IMG/VR virus record: IMGVR_UViG_3300043567_000723 | Origin: a virus | Lineage: Duplodnaviria; Caudoviricetes | DNA length: 64,000 nucleotides | Direction: 5' to 3' (one strand) | Part shown: positions 19,001-29,086 of the stretch, one piece after another | Position numbering within the stretch: position 1 is the stretch's first letter | Layout: each line of letters begins with the position of its first letter | Made by a program: the position numbers and the translations under genes | Notes under the pieces: model-generated | What the model was told of the DNA's origin: nothing | The model's input: the letters and a program-made list of their open reading frames with translations, nothing else | The model's database searches: none

Positions 19001-19194
19001 TTCGGTTCGAAGTCACTGCCATCATCGACTTCCTCAAGGCCAATGGCTTCACCGAGGAACTGGGTTCGCAGTTAATCGACGGTGAAATCAGCCGGCTGCA
19101 GATCCACCCGCTGTTAAAGGACCGCATTGAGATTGTTCTTAATCTCACTGTTCCGGCGCCGCTCAACAACATTGAGCTGCACTTAGTGGTCTGA
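16015..19194 (+). CDS. Tail sheath protein (1059 aa)
   Basis: C-terminal sheath domain: AAALAGLVSGVVPHQPLTN...LNRMAEAGTWIV...RHAVTT...EEMIRRNVDSMSY...PFIGRTN. Followed by a tube-sized gene. Confidence 0.85.
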   Translation: MSSYVKPQVLVFQEFRIVPTEITEPLRAHIAGPHAVLHRYSDVDEKPDCLLGAYDRLNDTCYTWPQRLAGSQVDRDYVKLYIDDAMLRYYNHTMGDGNTIITSVVGKANWIQSSNLSFKTNTSAYPRSSAFYDRDVQLGDVVKLRIVSADNNCNETVLETYVTGFASDLVPSRILPAYEDVANASSYSAASSTGVDVTATQIAGTDNNVAVAVLDTTTAGATIYNGLVDGYVNEEYVVEVIKSTISGCNAARLRVTSASGTDDQAEITPNTMDTGDLSNVTFIGTRGLSVRFTTTGTDDFVVGQQWRFVVRQTFEPVTATSTADGTLVTETSVTGVAGEVDILGAYAGAKNDVYIIECTKGGVWAQLPEIMIRTAKGLDFSGPTEVTGDGEGSDSVAVPIGTNGVKVKFLGATNASGDAVAGLRKGDKWYITVNSSQAGPVKKLILRDDLPTSMLAKDGLPVDKVGVVNVSASGTGYTSAPTVTFSAAPLGGVTATGTAVLGTGANAAKVVSVTITNRGSGYVTAPTVTFSGGAGTGAAATAALISGEDMDLELFIKDNIQVSKNRVGFAPMTNYFLEDTQICVQEGIVAYHPEWTSAGAEQPLNVMSGKVYVEYREFLSELADQVNSISDVADLDQIKGQLDPDNPMKWGVYKALSNSNGTVVKYTAVVEPGDLDSWVQVLERIKGRDDMYNLVPLTFDRRVHNLWAAHIGAESNEYANNWKAGFFALKAVPVVKVSGEGVPVNGVLGTEVTTPVLATLADDPNATNTQYTKLTVTSGNGYFITNDVRPGDIVRYNFSVDGFGDEQYEEYVVDQVLSESTLLLYSGADAAVTVPQRVEISHNRNRNEIAEDIATAAGGLSNRRVCAVWPDQVGEAGVSQPGYYLAAALAGLVSGVVPHQPLTNVEVAGFDDYTRSYKYFNETQLNRMAEAGTWIVTEDRDGTPHTRHAVTTDNLDLNRREEMIRRNVDSMSYLFLRRLRPFIGRTNAQEGMVRRLRFEVTAIIDFLKANGFTEELGSQLIDGEISRLQIHPLLKDRIEIVLNLTVPAPLNNIELHLVV

Positions 19195-19238
19195 TTGCTC
19201 AAACTGTAACTGGTAAACATCACAAGAATAGGTGAACT

Positions 19239-19682
19239 ATGGCAAGTCCTTTCGGTAAAAATCAGGAACACAAGGGCACGTTCCGGGCAGAAGATCTGAA
19301 GATGACTTTTGCCGGCGGTTCGGGCGACGGTGCACTGGTGCAGCAGGCTAACTTTACGGTCAACCGGACTGTAAACTTTATGTATGAAATCGGCTCTAAC
19401 AACATTTATTATGTTGGTAACCGCCGTCAGGGTCAGGCGCAACTGGTCCGCGTTGTTGGCGGATCCGGTACGTTTAAGACGATGGTCACCAAGTACGGCG
19501 ACATGTGTAACCCGGCTGACCTCGTCCTTGAGGGCAACGGCGGTTGCGGTGGCGTTACGGTGAACGTATCGTACACCCTGAAGAAAGCCACACTGACGTC
19601 GATCGGCGCCAGCGTGACTGCGCAGGAAATCGTGATTAACGAAAATCTCGGCTTTATCTGCTCGGATATCGAGTACACCTGA
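19239..19682 (+). CDS. Tail tube protein
   Basis: 147 aa directly after the sheath gene; LVQQANFTVNRTVNFMYEIGS...YYVG pattern. Confidence 0.75.
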   Translation: MASPFGKNQEHKGTFRAEDLKMTFAGGSGDGALVQQANFTVNRTVNFMYEIGSNNIYYVGNRRQGQAQLVRVVGGSGTFKTMVTKYGDMCNPADLVLEGNGGCGGVTVNVSYTLKKATLTSIGASVTAQEIVINENLGFICSDIEYT

Positions 19683-19707
19683 GCCTGATTTTGTTGTCTA
19701 AATAGAT

Positions 19708-19740
19708 AAGCGGCGGTTGCTTAAAACGCAGCCGCCGCTT
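19708..19740 (+). terminator. Hairpin ending the sheath-tube operon
   Basis: AAGCGGCGGTTGC-TTAAAAC-GCAGCCGCCGCTT, 13-bp stem. Confidence 0.65.
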
Positions 19741-19801
19741 ATGGTATTAGGCGGTAACGCCTTGGGCTTCGTGCCCGTAACCACACCTTTTGGTGGCATA
19801 A

Positions 19802-22687
19802 ATGTCGACGAATCAGCCCCCGAAGCCGGTGGGCATTACGCCGGGCTCCGGGCATCAACACTCATACGATCAAACGCAGACAGCTCGGCGCATTCAAAAT
19901 AATACGCAATTCTCTAGCCGGACTAGCACGGCAGCGTATGGCGCCCAGCTTCAAGCTGTTGCTGATCCGAATACAAAACTAGCCGGCTTTAAGCAAGGCT
20001 TTCAGGATACTGGCCGTCTGTGCACAGGCTGGATTGTAGACGGCACGTCGATCGCCAATTGCTATAAAGTATTCGTAGAGAAGTCTCGCGCTCCGATTAT
20101 CGCAGCGGCGCTTTCTGGTACCAGCCACGTTTGCTTCGGCGCCAGCTCTGTTAATACATACGCGCCCGGCACGTCAGTCATTTTGATGGTGCATGACAAG
20201 GTTGGGCAGGCTTACATTCTCGGCTCTGTGCCTAACGTGCTAGACGTCGGCAAACGCGCGTATCACGACTATATCTCGCAGGCATCTCGAAAGCGCGTCG
20301 ATGACTGCCACAAGAAGTACATCAAAGAGCCGATGAACGGCCAGATGGTGGACTGGAGTTCTTGGCGGCCGTGGGATGCAACACTCGCCAGCGAGTGGGG
20401 CGCGGTCTCTACAACAGGTATCGCAATCAGTATTGACGATTTTATGTTGAAAGCCGCCGTAAATGAATTTTGCGGCTTGTATGGTTTTTATCACGACTCG
20501 TTGCTGCGTGTTGCCGGCTATAACTTCCAACTGTGGACAGCCGGCAGTGAGCGCGACGCCTACATGGACCAAGCCGAGTGCAATGATCTGCAGGGTTATT
20601 CACCTTATCCGTGGGAAGCTGTCGGTTTAATTGAGCCGGGCGGCTCAATGGTTAATGAGTATGAGCCGAAGGATTACCAGTGCGCGCTCGCCAAGCCGTA
20701 TTACTCGCACTGGGAAAATAAACACGAGTTTCAACAACCTTACCACCGCACACAGAAGTTTTTTGGTTATTTCGGCCAAGGGCAGCGGTCAGTTGTGCAT
20801 GCGCCGCCAGACGGGCTACAGCGCTTTACATATAAGCCCGGCAGCTCTGGGTCGCCTTCGCCGCCGTTTGAGTCGTCTGTAAAGGGCAAAGACGGCCTAT
20901 CGCCCGATTGCGGCGGCGGACCAGACAAAGAACGCGACTACCAAGAAAAACCCGTTAAAGGCTTGCACGAAGATAACGTCGCTATGGACGGCCGACGTTT
21001 TATCTCGTCAGCCAAGGGTGTAGTGCTGTCGAAGCGCATGCTGTTGCCGATGCCGCAACGTATTAAGCGCCCTGAAGCAGGAGATGGCGACGACGCAGAA
21101 AAGAACTATAAGGCGTCGAGTAAGTATGGCGCTGGGCCGGATCACAAAATCACCGGTGATATCAAAACGACAGACGAAAAGTATCCGAACATGCAACGGG
21201 CCTCCGCGTTGCTCGATATGCACGGGTATTTGTTTAACTATGCCGGTATTCATCCGTTCTACTGGCACGCAAAAGATTTTAAGACGTGGGAAGAGTCTGA
21301 ACTGCAGTACGCTGACGTTAATCAAAAAATTCCCAACTTCGGCGAGCTTAAGGGGTCGATGTACCTCAAGGAAATAACGCCAAAGAAACTCAAAATCGAC
21401 CACCGTTACAACACTCAGAATTTCTACGAGACAGAGTGTTTTATTTCGCTGCTAGAAGACGGCGGCGTTGTAATCGGAGACGGTTACGGCGCAGAGATTC
21501 GCATGTCTGGCGGTTGTCTTATTCTTTCTGCGCCCGGCGATGTCTGGATGAAGTCTGGGCGACATACGCAAGCGTGGTCTGGTGGCGACTGCATTATCCG
21601 CGCGAAAGAAGGCGTTGACATCTCTACAACGGATAAAAATATCCGTATCAAGAGCGAACAGAACGTCATGATCCTCGCCGGCAATGACAGCTCTGAACGC
21701 GAAGGCGGCGTGCTTATTGAAAGCCGCGCGAACAACCCAATCTACGAATTTGAGCAATGCGGTGATGACGTTATTTTCGGCGGCATCGTGTTGCGCGCAC
21801 CCAAGTCTGAAGTTGTCAGCATCGGGCACCGTATTTACATGCGCACGGGTGGCGGCGGCAGTTCTATACCGCCGGGCAATATAACCATCGACGCCGGCAA
21901 GGGTGAAGCGGAGTTGGTTACAAAATCTAATAACATTTTCCACTACATGGGCGAGGGTGGGCGTATGTACCACTTCTTCCGCGCCAGCGCTGACGAAGAT
22001 ACCGTCAAAGCGAATATGTTCTCTAAGTCATTTACGCTGCTCGCCGGCCCGCTCGGTGTCGATAAAGATATCATTTCGAACGGCGCCGGACTGTTCAAAA
22101 AGAGCCTGCTTGTCAGCAAGGGGCATATCCTCACAGAAGCCGCCGCGAAGGGCGCTATCTTTGTTGGACCCTGTGACGGTGAATGCCAAGGCCAGATTAA
22201 CGAAGCTATCGACAAAATTCGCGATCTGGTTGATAAAGAACTACCTGATATCGGAGACCAGATCGACGAAGAAATGTTGGAGCAGCTGTGGTACGCCGAT
22301 AAACGACCGGGCAATGCGCGTCTTATGGACATCATGGAATTCACGTTCCGCACAGACGAGCAATATAAGATCCCGGACTTCCTGCTGTATGAAGATCGGT
22401 GGCAGCAAATGGCGCGAATCGGTGGCTCAATACCGGAGCGCTGGACAGAGAAACCAGTGAAAGCGAAAGCGTGCGAAGAGACGTGGCCGTTTCCCGGAAA
22501 GAAGTGGCTCAACGAAGAGCCGGCGTATGTTGAGCAGGACTTTAATATTGTTGAGATGGCGGGCGGCGGTTTAAGAGACAAAGACCGCGGAGAGGCGCCC
22601 GGATTAGCTGGCGAATATGCGTCGCCAGAGTTCAAGTCTAACGACAAGAAGATTATTAACGGCTACTACCCGATTGTAGGTCGATAA
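19802..22687 (+). CDS. Baseplate central spike/hub protein (gp5/VgrG-like)
   Basis: N-terminal OB-fold-like region (YAPGTSVILMV...AYILGSVP) and C-terminal beta-helix-like repeats (ISLLEDGGVVIGDGYGAEIRMSGG...IRIKSEQNVMILAG). Confidence 0.6.
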   Translation: MSTNQPPKPVGITPGSGHQHSYDQTQTARRIQNNTQFSSRTSTAAYGAQLQAVADPNTKLAGFKQGFQDTGRLCTGWIVDGTSIANCYKVFVEKSRAPIIAAALSGTSHVCFGASSVNTYAPGTSVILMVHDKVGQAYILGSVPNVLDVGKRAYHDYISQASRKRVDDCHKKYIKEPMNGQMVDWSSWRPWDATLASEWGAVSTTGIAISIDDFMLKAAVNEFCGLYGFYHDSLLRVAGYNFQLWTAGSERDAYMDQAECNDLQGYSPYPWEAVGLIEPGGSMVNEYEPKDYQCALAKPYYSHWENKHEFQQPYHRTQKFFGYFGQGQRSVVHAPPDGLQRFTYKPGSSGSPSPPFESSVKGKDGLSPDCGGGPDKERDYQEKPVKGLHEDNVAMDGRRFISSAKGVVLSKRMLLPMPQRIKRPEAGDGDDAEKNYKASSKYGAGPDHKITGDIKTTDEKYPNMQRASALLDMHGYLFNYAGIHPFYWHAKDFKTWEESELQYADVNQKIPNFGELKGSMYLKEITPKKLKIDHRYNTQNFYETECFISLLEDGGVVIGDGYGAEIRMSGGCLILSAPGDVWMKSGRHTQAWSGGDCIIRAKEGVDISTTDKNIRIKSEQNVMILAGNDSSEREGGVLIESRANNPIYEFEQCGDDVIFGGIVLRAPKSEVVSIGHRIYMRTGGGGSSIPPGNITIDAGKGEAELVTKSNNIFHYMGEGGRMYHFFRASADEDTVKANMFSKSFTLLAGPLGVDKDIISNGAGLFKKSLLVSKGHILTEAAAKGAIFVGPCDGECQGQINEAIDKIRDLVDKELPDIGDQIDEEMLEQLWYADKRPGNARLMDIMEFTFRTDEQYKIPDFLLYEDRWQQMARIGGSIPERWTEKPVKAKACEETWPFPGKKWLNEEPAYVEQDFNIVEMAGGGLRDKDRGEAPGLAGEYASPEFKSNDKKIINGYYPIVGR

Positions 22688-22702
22688 CTGAAGGAGCAGG
22701 TT

Positions 22703-23701
22703 ATGGATTTGGTTGAAAACCCTTACGTATCTGATTTCACGAAGAAGACGTTAGAGCAATTTGACTGGAAACAGGGCGACCCTATTCCAGACGAACTGGG
22801 CGACGTCATGCTGAAAATCAAAGACAAGTTACCGCCGTCGACTCGCGTAGACGTGCTGATTGAAAAAGATTTAATGCCTGAATCCGATGTTGAAAAAGTA
22901 CAGAGCCTTTTAAAAGCCGCAAAAGAATTATTGAAGTCTCGCAAAAAGGCTGAAGAACTAGATACCGCGACGAAAAACATGTCGCCGAGTGTGCGCGAAG
23001 CCTACGAAAAAATGGCAGCAGATTCGGCGCCGCAAATTGTTGATGACCGCGAAGAAGTGGCCGCGGCTGAAGAAAAGGCACCTGAGCCCGCCGACGTACC
23101 GATAGATCCGACCATTGAAAACAAAATGGATACCGGCGCGGATCAAATGGTTATCTTGCCGTTCTGTCCTCGTTGCGGCTGGGACATGCGACAAAAGTTC
23201 GACACTGACATTACAGACAAAGACAAGGAAGATTTTTTAGCCACGCTGTTAGGCGGCGCACGCTTTAAACGAGACTACAAGTTAGTCGGCGGCAAAATGA
23301 TCGTTCGTTTCCGCAGCATGCTCGCCGACGAGAATTTTCTAGTGCAGCGCCAGCTTCTTCTTGACCAGCAAGCCGGCGAGATACTGTCAGAAGCCGAGTG
23401 GTTTGTTCGCATGGCTGAGTACCGGATGGCGTGCTCTTTAGAGGGCGTTTTTGACGCTGACGGGAAAGCTCTGGTAGCTAACCCGGAGCTGGGCGACGTA
23501 CCGTTTACTCCGCCGGCTGATAAGCCGACTCAAACAGTGCTGACAGTGATGCGGCAGAATGTGAATACAAAAGCGCTGTCGCAAGAAGTTACGCGGCGAT
23601 TAATTTCAGTGCAGTTGCGCAAATTTCAGCGGCTCGTAGAGGCGTTAGAGGCCATGGCGCTCGAACCAAGTTTTTGGGACGGGATCGAATCGCAGCTTTG
23701 A
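22703..23701 (+). CDS. Putative tail assembly chaperone
   Basis: Acidic, upstream of the tape measure gene; CPRC motif and GGKMIVRFRSM pattern. SD in hairpin CTG-AAGGAG-CAG (22688-22699). Confidence 0.55.
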   Translation: MDLVENPYVSDFTKKTLEQFDWKQGDPIPDELGDVMLKIKDKLPPSTRVDVLIEKDLMPESDVEKVQSLLKAAKELLKSRKKAEELDTATKNMSPSVREAYEKMAADSAPQIVDDREEVAAAEEKAPEPADVPIDPTIENKMDTGADQMVILPFCPRCGWDMRQKFDTDITDKDKEDFLATLLGGARFKRDYKLVGGKMIVRFRSMLADENFLVQRQLLLDQQAGEILSEAEWFVRMAEYRMACSLEGVFDADGKALVANPELGDVPFTPPADKPTQTVLTVMRQNVNTKALSQEVTRRLISVQLRKFQRLVEALEAMALEPSFWDGIESQL

Positions 23702-24063
23702 TGGTGCGTGCTGCTGTGTCCGGCGCAATTAATTACGCCGGCGCCGATCCCCAAAATAGACAGTGGCGTTTAAAGCACCGAATTTTACTGGCAGAGGTTG
23801 AGCGCCGAGAAGATTACGAACTACTGACAATTGCGCACAAACACTGGTTGGCGCTTTTGTCGCACGGAAATTTGACAGAAGAAAGCTTCAAAGAAGTCAA
23901 AAAACAAGCCAACGAGGTCATGGGTGAAATACAAAAAACTACCTTTCCGTGGGTAGAAGTAAAAGAGGCCGGAAAAGACGCGGAAAAAGATACAATAGTT
24001 GACAGCAGTACACAGGCGCTAATTGATCGTTACAAACAGCAACTAACGAATAAAACCGGTTGA
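23701..24063 (+). CDS. Putative second tail chaperone ORF
   Basis: ATG overlaps the upstream TGA (TGATG); -1 frame relative to the chaperone; directly before the tape measure gene. Confidence 0.55.
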   Translation: MVRAAVSGAINYAGADPQNRQWRLKHRILLAEVERREDYELLTIAHKHWLALLSHGNLTEESFKEVKKQANEVMGEIQKTTFPWVEVKEAGKDAEKDTIVDSSTQALIDRYKQQLTNKTG

Positions 24064-24071
24064 GGCGGCGT

Positions 24072-27000
24072 ATGGACGGATTTGACTTTAACCAAACCGG
24101 CTATAAGCAGAACCAAACGGACCGGGCGTACAATTACGCCCCGCCGGTATATTCGCCGTTCCAGAACCCGAATAACGTAGATAACGCGTTTGGGTATCTG
24201 GCAAATATGTATGGCCCGTCGCTGGTGCAGGGCATGGCGGGGCAAGATGCATTTCTGGCTCATCAAACGCCGAGTCAGGCTTTAGCCGACCAGCGCACTG
24301 CGTCTATTTACCAGCAGCAGGGCGCCAGAGCCACGGCATCCGCTAACATGGCCGGCAACCAAGCGGTCGCCACTCGCATGCTTGGTTTTCAGTCGCTTAT
24401 GAACGGCGGAAGGCCAGCGACGCAATTAGACCGCGAGCACGCGCAGGTTGGGGCAAGCGTAATTAATAATCCGGTATTTAAAGCATTTGCGGCCAGTCAA
24501 GTCGGTCCGGAGAACCTTGAAGATATGATGTTCGGCCGGCGCGGGGATCCGAGCGCTATCGCGGGATCAACGGGGCGCATGGGCTTTTTTCGCGCTGACG
24601 CGGCCACCGGCGACCGCCGTATGTCAGAGGCGTCGCGCGAGAGTTTTTCGCAGAACGTATATCAAAATCTATACGGACCAGACGCCAATCTAGACGAGAT
24701 GCATGGTTTTAACGCCACGGCATCTGGCGCCATGATGGAAGATTTATTTCAGAAAGGAAAGTTGCCGCAAAGCTTAGGTAACATGACGGCGGCAGAACGT
24801 GTAAAAGCGATCAGCGGCGCGCAGCGCGACGATAAAACGATGAGCCGCCTCGCAGACGAATTTGCGCACAAAGACCTAAGCGAGCGCGACTACGATTACG
24901 CGAACGCCACGGCGGAAGAGCAAAAAATAATTCGGGCGGACAAAGTTGGTGGTTATAAAGATCGCCTAAACAAAACGTTCACTGAAATTGATAGATTTAA
25001 ATCTGGCGATTCTCGGGCTAAGTCCGCAGAAGAGATCGAGCAGCTGGAGGGTTTTGGTTCAGCCGCAAATGCTGTAGACGCCCAGCGCACATCTAAAGCT
25101 ATCAAAGAATATAACGGCGCTCTTTCGGCTATCCGTGAGATCTTTGGCGATAGCGGGCAGTCTGGTGCACCGGTTCAACAATTAATGGCTAGCTTGCAGC
25201 AACTAACAAACGGGTCGCAAGGTGGGTTGTCGCAGGGCAAGGTCGAATCGCTCGTGCGCGAGATGCGTCTTGCCGCGCGCGATACGAATACCGATGTCGG
25301 CGCTTTAACCAAGATGATGTATGAAGACAAGGCAATTGGCGGTCAGCTAGGTCTTCAAGAAACAACAGTTGAGCAGGGAATGGCTGGCCGGCTACTGCAC
25401 GGACAAGCTATGTCAGATGCAGGGGTATTTGAAAAAAGCGGTTACGGAAAATTACAGCGCGGAGAGGCTGAACAGCGACAACGCCAGATGAGCATGCGCG
25501 GAGACGCGTCTTCTGTCGGGCGTTCGCTAGCGGTGATCAACCGACTTGTGGCTGAAAACCCAGAGAAATATAAGGGCACAAAACTAGAAGCCGCGGCAAA
25601 AGCCTACCAATCCGGCGAAACAACTTTTACATACAACGGCGAGAAAACAAACTTAGCGGAACTAGCTGGAAAACAAGGCGTGGCCGGCGTATACAACATG
25701 GCCCGCGAGTCTGGCGCGGATAGTAGAACGTTGTACGCCTATACGCGCGACAAGATAGGTACCGAGGAGTACCTAAACGAGGGTTACGCGTACAAAGCGC
25801 AAAAATACGAACTGCAGCGCAATTTTTCACGCTCCAATGAGGGTGCGCTGCGCGACAGGATGACGTCGAAAGAATTTAACGCGCTGCAGGGTGGCTTGTC
25901 TGATAAGGAATTCTCGCAGCGTAAAAATGATTTGTCGAAGGGTTTCAGCTACGCCATGACGGGCATCGTTATGGACGAAACTGCCGACATGTCGTCAGAG
26001 CAGCGAATTGCTCATATGGAAAAGCGCGGGAAAGAAGAATTAACCAAATACTTCAAGAGTTCCCGCGGCGGCAACATGGGCGATAAAGAAGCACAAGCTG
26101 CGGCAGAAAAACACTTTAACGCAATGTACGGCGCAGATAAAAAAGAGCGCGCGTCGTCGTTGGCTGCTTCATATGCAGAAATCAGCGCCGTATCTGCTGA
26201 CCGCACAAACGTGAACATAGAAGCCAATAAGCAGATGTACAACCAGCGCGCTATTGAAAACAAAGATGCGCAAGCAAAAGTAAATACACGCCGTGCGGAC
26301 CGACTAAAAGACGCGTCTGCCGGTACAGAATCGACACTGCTGCAGCGCGCCAGTGATGAGTTAGAGAATTTAGGGTCTGGCAATTCGGGCCAAGCGTCTG
26401 ATGCATTGAAGCGCGTATTTAATGTTGTCTCAGAAGACAGCATATTGCAGAAGTATGCGCCAGATATGCAGGAAGGGCTTGTCGCTGTTTCTAAGTTAGA
26501 TCGCTCCGCCACTACGTCGGCTAAAGATATCAGCAAACTTGTTGATCAGGCGGAAGCAGAGCCAGACGGCGCCGCGGCAAAAACGTTGAAGCAAATGGCT
26601 GGATTTAAACCGGACCAGAAGTTAACCGAGGAAGAACAAGCCAGCCTTGGAAGTCGCGCGCTCATGCGTTCTGGCGAAACAGCCAAGGGCACCACAGACG
26701 CCGATCGAGCAGCAAACGAAGCCCGCCGGCAGCGCGCGACGACTATGTTTAAAGCGTTTAATACAGGCAAGCAAGAAGACGTTATGGCTGGCGCCCGCGC
26801 TTTAGCTAAAGAAACGCTAGGGGCAGACGCGGATAAAGACAAGCTAGACGAATTTGCGAAAGCAGCCTTAAACGACGACACAACCGCGTTTGAGAAAAAA
26901 ATGCAGGGCGGTTTATTCGGCGGCAAACTCAGCGACGAAAAACAAGAGTCGGCACGTAGTGTGGCGCGGGCGCTCCGTGCGTCTAGGGCTATGGGCGGGT

Positions 27001-28625
27001 TGAGCGCGGCTGGTTTAGAGCAGACGGCGCAAGGCGTTGATTCTGCGCAAGAGCGGTCTGTAGCGAAAGCCAACGAGGTTACACGCGATATACGCGATAA
27101 GATAACAAAACAGGTTGAAAAGGGATTAGATCAACCGGCATTTGACAAGATACAGCCCGATAACCAACCGGCAGACGTACGGGCCAACCAGCGTAAAGAA
27201 TTTGTCCGCAACGCGAGCGAAACGTTGGCTGGCATCGCCGTCAACGAGATGGGCAGCGCAGAAAACTTATCGCCAGAAGAGCGCGCAGATTATATGCAGC
27301 GTCGTTCTGTTGAAGAGTTTACAAAGCACTTCACGCGAAAAGGTATGGTACCAGCGCGGGCCGAAGAGCAGGCTAAGAAACACTTCGCGGCGGCATTCGG
27401 TTCAGATAAAGAAACCGTTACGCGGCGCATGAACGCTGTGTATGACACCACAATACAGGAAGCTAAAGCACGAGGACATGACACCGCGTTAGCCGCCACA
27501 CCCGAACCGACCAAAGTTGACCCGGCAACCGGCAAATTAAATTACGACTACGAAAAGCTAGGTGTCACCAAAACACTGAGCGCCGATCAGAAAAAGTTAA
27601 TGGATGAGGTCAGCAAAGACCCAACCGGCGGCGGTTTATCAGAAGCTATTGGTGACAAAAAGAAACGCGAACTTTTATTAACAATACCGGACGCGGCCGC
27701 TGTTGATCTGTTTGGCAAATTTACACCCGAAGCACAGCAAAAGGGTTTAGAAAATATCGACACGCTGCGTAACAGCCCGCTCGCGCAGATGACTTACGGT
27801 CTATCAGGCAAAGACACGCAAAATCTTGGCCGCATCCGTGACGCTATCGGAGCCAAGGCGCCGGGTGGTTTGTCGTCGCAGACTATTGATCCAGCGGCGG
27901 CCATAAATGCTGCGGGTGTACGCGCAGAAGATATACGCGCTGCCTCGACCAACACCGGCATTATGGCTATGGGGATGGAACTGTTCGGCAGTGGCGGCTA
28001 CGAAAAACACATGAAACAGCTCGAAGCAACCGCCGTTGACGGCGAGATGTCGAAGCTGTACGACACGAAAGCTAAATCCGGCTGGTTTACAAACGAAAAA
28101 ACATTTTCCGACAACGCGGACAAGATAAGGTATCGCGATCTGAGCCAGCGTCGTATGGAGTTAGAATCTGGCGATGAGCTAGGTTTTGTTGATAGACAAA
28201 TCGCTGACGTAAAGGGTCGCGCTAAATCTGGTTGGTTTACAAGCGACAAAACGTTATCTGGCGAGGATCAAGAGCAGCTCGACTTTTTAACAAAACGGCG
28301 CGATTCACTAACACGCGGTGACGGAGAAATGCGCGCGGGGTTAGACGCCGTACAAGCGAGCCGAGATTCAATTAAAGACTCGCAGCAGTTTAGCAGCATG
28401 CGTTCTGATCAGGTTGTACGGCAGCTTGATTACAACCGCGACCGAGGAGACCCTCAAATGGGTGGTGGGCAAGGTGGGCGCGAGATGAGCATCAACGGTA
28501 CGCTCACGCTCAACGGGCTGTCAGAGGCCGTGCTGCAAGCCAACGGCAAGCGCATGGAAGAAACACCAGACGGCGGCGCGCCAATCGATATGGCCCCGGG
28601 CAATACCGCATACAACGGCAGGTGA
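24072..28625 (+). CDS. Tail tape measure protein
   Basis: ~1517 aa, helical, Ala/Gln/Lys-rich, after the chaperones and before baseplate genes. ATG 24072 with GAGG SD. Confidence 0.8.
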   Translation: MDGFDFNQTGYKQNQTDRAYNYAPPVYSPFQNPNNVDNAFGYLANMYGPSLVQGMAGQDAFLAHQTPSQALADQRTASIYQQQGARATASANMAGNQAVATRMLGFQSLMNGGRPATQLDREHAQVGASVINNPVFKAFAASQVGPENLEDMMFGRRGDPSAIAGSTGRMGFFRADAATGDRRMSEASRESFSQNVYQNLYGPDANLDEMHGFNATASGAMMEDLFQKGKLPQSLGNMTAAERVKAISGAQRDDKTMSRLADEFAHKDLSERDYDYANATAEEQKIIRADKVGGYKDRLNKTFTEIDRFKSGDSRAKSAEEIEQLEGFGSAANAVDAQRTSKAIKEYNGALSAIREIFGDSGQSGAPVQQLMASLQQLTNGSQGGLSQGKVESLVREMRLAARDTNTDVGALTKMMYEDKAIGGQLGLQETTVEQGMAGRLLHGQAMSDAGVFEKSGYGKLQRGEAEQRQRQMSMRGDASSVGRSLAVINRLVAENPEKYKGTKLEAAAKAYQSGETTFTYNGEKTNLAELAGKQGVAGVYNMARESGADSRTLYAYTRDKIGTEEYLNEGYAYKAQKYELQRNFSRSNEGALRDRMTSKEFNALQGGLSDKEFSQRKNDLSKGFSYAMTGIVMDETADMSSEQRIAHMEKRGKEELTKYFKSSRGGNMGDKEAQAAAEKHFNAMYGADKKERASSLAASYAEISAVSADRTNVNIEANKQMYNQRAIENKDAQAKVNTRRADRLKDASAGTESTLLQRASDELENLGSGNSGQASDALKRVFNVVSEDSILQKYAPDMQEGLVAVSKLDRSATTSAKDISKLVDQAEAEPDGAAAKTLKQMAGFKPDQKLTEEEQASLGSRALMRSGETAKGTTDADRAANEARRQRATTMFKAFNTGKQEDVMAGARALAKETLGADADKDKLDEFAKAALNDDTTAFEKKMQGGLFGGKLSDEKQESARSVARALRASRAMGGLSAAGLEQTAQGVDSAQERSVAKANEVTRDIRDKITKQVEKGLDQPAFDKIQPDNQPADVRANQRKEFVRNASETLAGIAVNEMGSAENLSPEERADYMQRRSVEEFTKHFTRKGMVPARAEEQAKKHFAAAFGSDKETVTRRMNAVYDTTIQEAKARGHDTALAATPEPTKVDPATGKLNYDYEKLGVTKTLSADQKKLMDEVSKDPTGGGLSEAIGDKKKRELLLTIPDAAAVDLFGKFTPEAQQKGLENIDTLRNSPLAQMTYGLSGKDTQNLGRIRDAIGAKAPGGLSSQTIDPAAAINAAGVRAEDIRAASTNTGIMAMGMELFGSGGYEKHMKQLEATAVDGEMSKLYDTKAKSGWFTNEKTFSDNADKIRYRDLSQRRMELESGDELGFVDRQIADVKGRAKSGWFTSDKTLSGEDQEQLDFLTKRRDSLTRGDGEMRAGLDAVQASRDSIKDSQQFSSMRSDQVVRQLDYNRDRGDPQMGGGQGGREMSINGTLTLNGLSEAVLQANGKRMEETPDGGAPIDMAPGNTAYNGR

Positions 28626-28628
28626 TAT

Positions 28629-29084
28629 ATGCCAGCAATTTTTAGCCCGTGTTTGGGCGCAATAGCAAAAGTACCCGGCTGCGAAGGCGAGGCGGCGTTT
28701 GCGATTAGTTTTGGCGGCGGCGCAAAGCTCACCGCCCCTATGACCGGTTTTGTTTTAGAGCAAAACGGAAACTATCAGTTCTTGCACACGGTAAATGATT
28801 TTATTTACGTATATGCGTTCGGTGACAGGGTGGGCGAGTTACTGATATCTGGCATTGGTTTTGTGAAAGCCTGTCCCGGCGCCGACTCTGCGAAATTATG
28901 CACCGTGTTCGATTTCTACCAGAACAATAAAATATCAAAAAAGGGCGACCTGACCGTCTCAATCGGCGACTGCCAAGATGCAACGTTTTTTGCGTTTTTA
29001 ACGGGCATGCGTTTAGAGATGCAAGATCCGACAACGCTAGTCGGACAATGGTCACTTCGCTTTAGCATCGTACCGAAGAAGTAG
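28629..29084 (+). CDS. Putative tail tube initiator/baseplate protein
   Basis: Follows the tape measure gene; QNGNYQFLHTVNDFIYVYAFGDRVGELLISG tube-like pattern; Cys-rich. Confidence 0.5.
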   Translation: MPAIFSPCLGAIAKVPGCEGEAAFAISFGGGAKLTAPMTGFVLEQNGNYQFLHTVNDFIYVYAFGDRVGELLISGIGFVKACPGADSAKLCTVFDFYQNNKISKKGDLTVSIGDCQDATFFAFLTGMRLEMQDPTTLVGQWSLRFSIVPKK

Positions 29085-29086
29085 CC

